Source of the DNA: Gammaproteobacteria bacterium
Lineage (GTDB): Bacteria; Pseudomonadota; Gammaproteobacteria; Eutrophobiales; Eutrophobiaceae
Assembly: GCA_963422205.2 (NCBI GenBank)
Contig: CAXMWX010000011.1
Coordinates: 32,001-96,000 of the forward strand
Direction: 5' to 3'
Length of the DNA: 64,000 bases
Position 1 is the first letter of the stretch. The number at the start of each line of letters is the position of its first letter. The notes below the pieces were generated by a model. It saw only the letters and a program-made list of their open reading frames with translations. It had not been told where the DNA came from and searched no databases. Both the position numbers and the translations under genes were made by a program. This document shows, piece after piece, positions 62,779 through 64,000 of the stretch.

Positions 62779-64000
62779 ATGCAAGGAATTAGACTCTTTC
62801 TCTCCGGTTTGCCCGTCTTTTTGCCAGCAGCACTGCTCATCCTGCACACCACCGCCCATGCTGTCGTGCAGACCGTGCCGTTAGAGCAACTGGTACCGAC
62901 AAAAAAACATGCACGAGTCACCGAGATCATTCTGCATGTTATCGATACCTACCACTACAAAAACAGACCGCTGGATGATGCGTTATCCAGCCAAATCCTC
63001 GACAACTATCTGGACAGTCTCGACGGTAATAAAAGTTACTTCCTGAGAAGTGATATTGCCCGGTTTGAACAACACCGCTATCAATTCGATGAGGCGCTGC
63101 TGCACGCCAGGCTTCAGCTTGCCTTTGATATATTCAAAGTCTACCGACAAAGAGTCATTGACCGGTCGGACTATGCCCGGCACCTGCTCAAGCAGCCGTT
63201 TGATTTCAGCCAGGATGAGGACTATCAGTTTGACCGTCGGGAAACAGACTGGGCAGCCGATAAAACGGTGCTGGATGAGTGGTGGCGGAAACGGGTTAAA
63301 AATGATTTCCTTGGCCTTAAATTGGCTGGCAAGGAAGATGCTGACATCATCAGCACATTGGACAAACGTTACGCCCGGCTGGCAGACAGCACAGTGCAGC
63401 TAACTGCCGATGATATCTTTCAAACCTTTATCAACGCCTATACCACTGCGATAGAGCCACATACCGCCTACTTCTCACCACGTTCATCGGAAAATTTCGA
63501 TATCAGTATGCGCCTGTCCCTGGAGGGCATAGGGGCGGTGCTGCGCTCCGATAACGACTATACGGTGGTGCAGAAAGTCATCCCGGGTGGGCCGGCTGAT
63601 CTCAACGGCCAATTACAATCGGAGGATAAAATCATCGGTGTCGGTCAGGAGGCCGCCGGCGAGATGCTGGATGTTATCGGCTGGCGGCTGGACGATGTGG
63701 TTGATTTGATTCGCGGCCCGAAAGACTCCATCGTGCGCCTGGAGGTGATGGCGAAGGACTCAGGCCTTGAAGGGCCGACCCGCATCATCCAGATAACCCG
63801 TGATGAGATTAAGCTGGAAGAGCAGGCAGCCAAATCCGATATTCTGGAGCTTGAAAACGGCGGCAGGATCGGGGTCATTGATGTACCGACATTCTACAGT
63901 GATTTTGCCGCCCAGGCGCGGGGCGAAAAAACATTCAAAAGCACCAGCCGTGATACCCGCCAGATCATCGCCGATCTGAAACAGCAGAATATTGATGGAC
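62779..64000 (+). CDS. prc: Tail-specific (carboxy-terminal processing) protease, 5' part (runs off window end)
   Basis: Manual translation MQGIRLFLSG...HYKNRPLDD...EPHTAYFSPR..ENFDISMRLSLEGIGAVL, PDZ (GGPA), IGWRLDDVVDLIRGPK. Not in ORF track because it has no stop in the window. Confidence 0.93.
   Translation, partial: MQGIRLFLSGLPVFLPAALLILHTTAHAVVQTVPLEQLVPTKKHARVTEIILHVIDTYHYKNRPLDDALSSQILDNYLDSLDGNKSYFLRSDIARFEQHRYQFDEALLHARLQLAFDIFKVYRQRVIDRSDYARHLLKQPFDFSQDEDYQFDRRETDWAADKTVLDEWWRKRVKNDFLGLKLAGKEDADIISTLDKRYARLADSTVQLTADDIFQTFINAYTTAIEPHTAYFSPRSSENFDISMRLSLEGIGAVLRSDNDYTVVQKVIPGGPADLNGQLQSEDKIIGVGQEAAGEMLDVIGWRLDDVVDLIRGPKDSIVRLEVMAKDSGLEGPTRIIQITRDEIKLEEQAAKSDILELENGGRIGVIDVPTFYSDFAAQARGEKTFKSTSRDTRQIIADLKQQNIDG

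Noticed and set aside
180-64000. Numerous overlapping alternative-frame and antisense ORFs in the track
   Set aside because: They are shadows of well-supported genes in GC-rich DNA, with no family motifs or independent RBS evidence.

Overview
The window is gammaproteobacterial chromosome, mostly conserved housekeeping operons. These are orn-nnr-tsaE-amiB-mutL-miaA-hfq-hflXKC, ffs-dnaX-ybaB-recR, the long rpsB-tsf-pyrH-frr-uppS-cdsA-dxr-rseP-bamA-skp-lpxD-fabZ-lpxA-lpxB-rnhB-dnaE-accA-tilS cluster, map-glnD-mutH-dusA, and the start of prc. An accessory stretch at about 15-33.7 kb holds the interesting content. (i) An ipdC-type keto-acid decarboxylase sits next to an aromatic aminotransferase. 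(ii) A sensor kinase/sigma54 activator pair is divergent from a stand-alone 24-aa pqqA missed by the ORF track, which has a palindromic enhancer-like site, an IHF-like site, a -24/-12 promoter and a terminator. (iii) An uncharacterised operon encodes an L,D-transpeptidase, a MotA/ExbB-like channel, an ExbD-like/YfaP-like protein and a membrane protein. (iv) A type III-like restriction-modification locus has mod and res separated by a tightly coupled Schlafen/AlbA_2-ATPase + ParA-like cassette, a candidate undescribed anti-phage module. mutL carries an apparent +1 homopolymer frameshift near its 3' end. All calls come from motif recognition by eye; no database searches or composition calculations were run.
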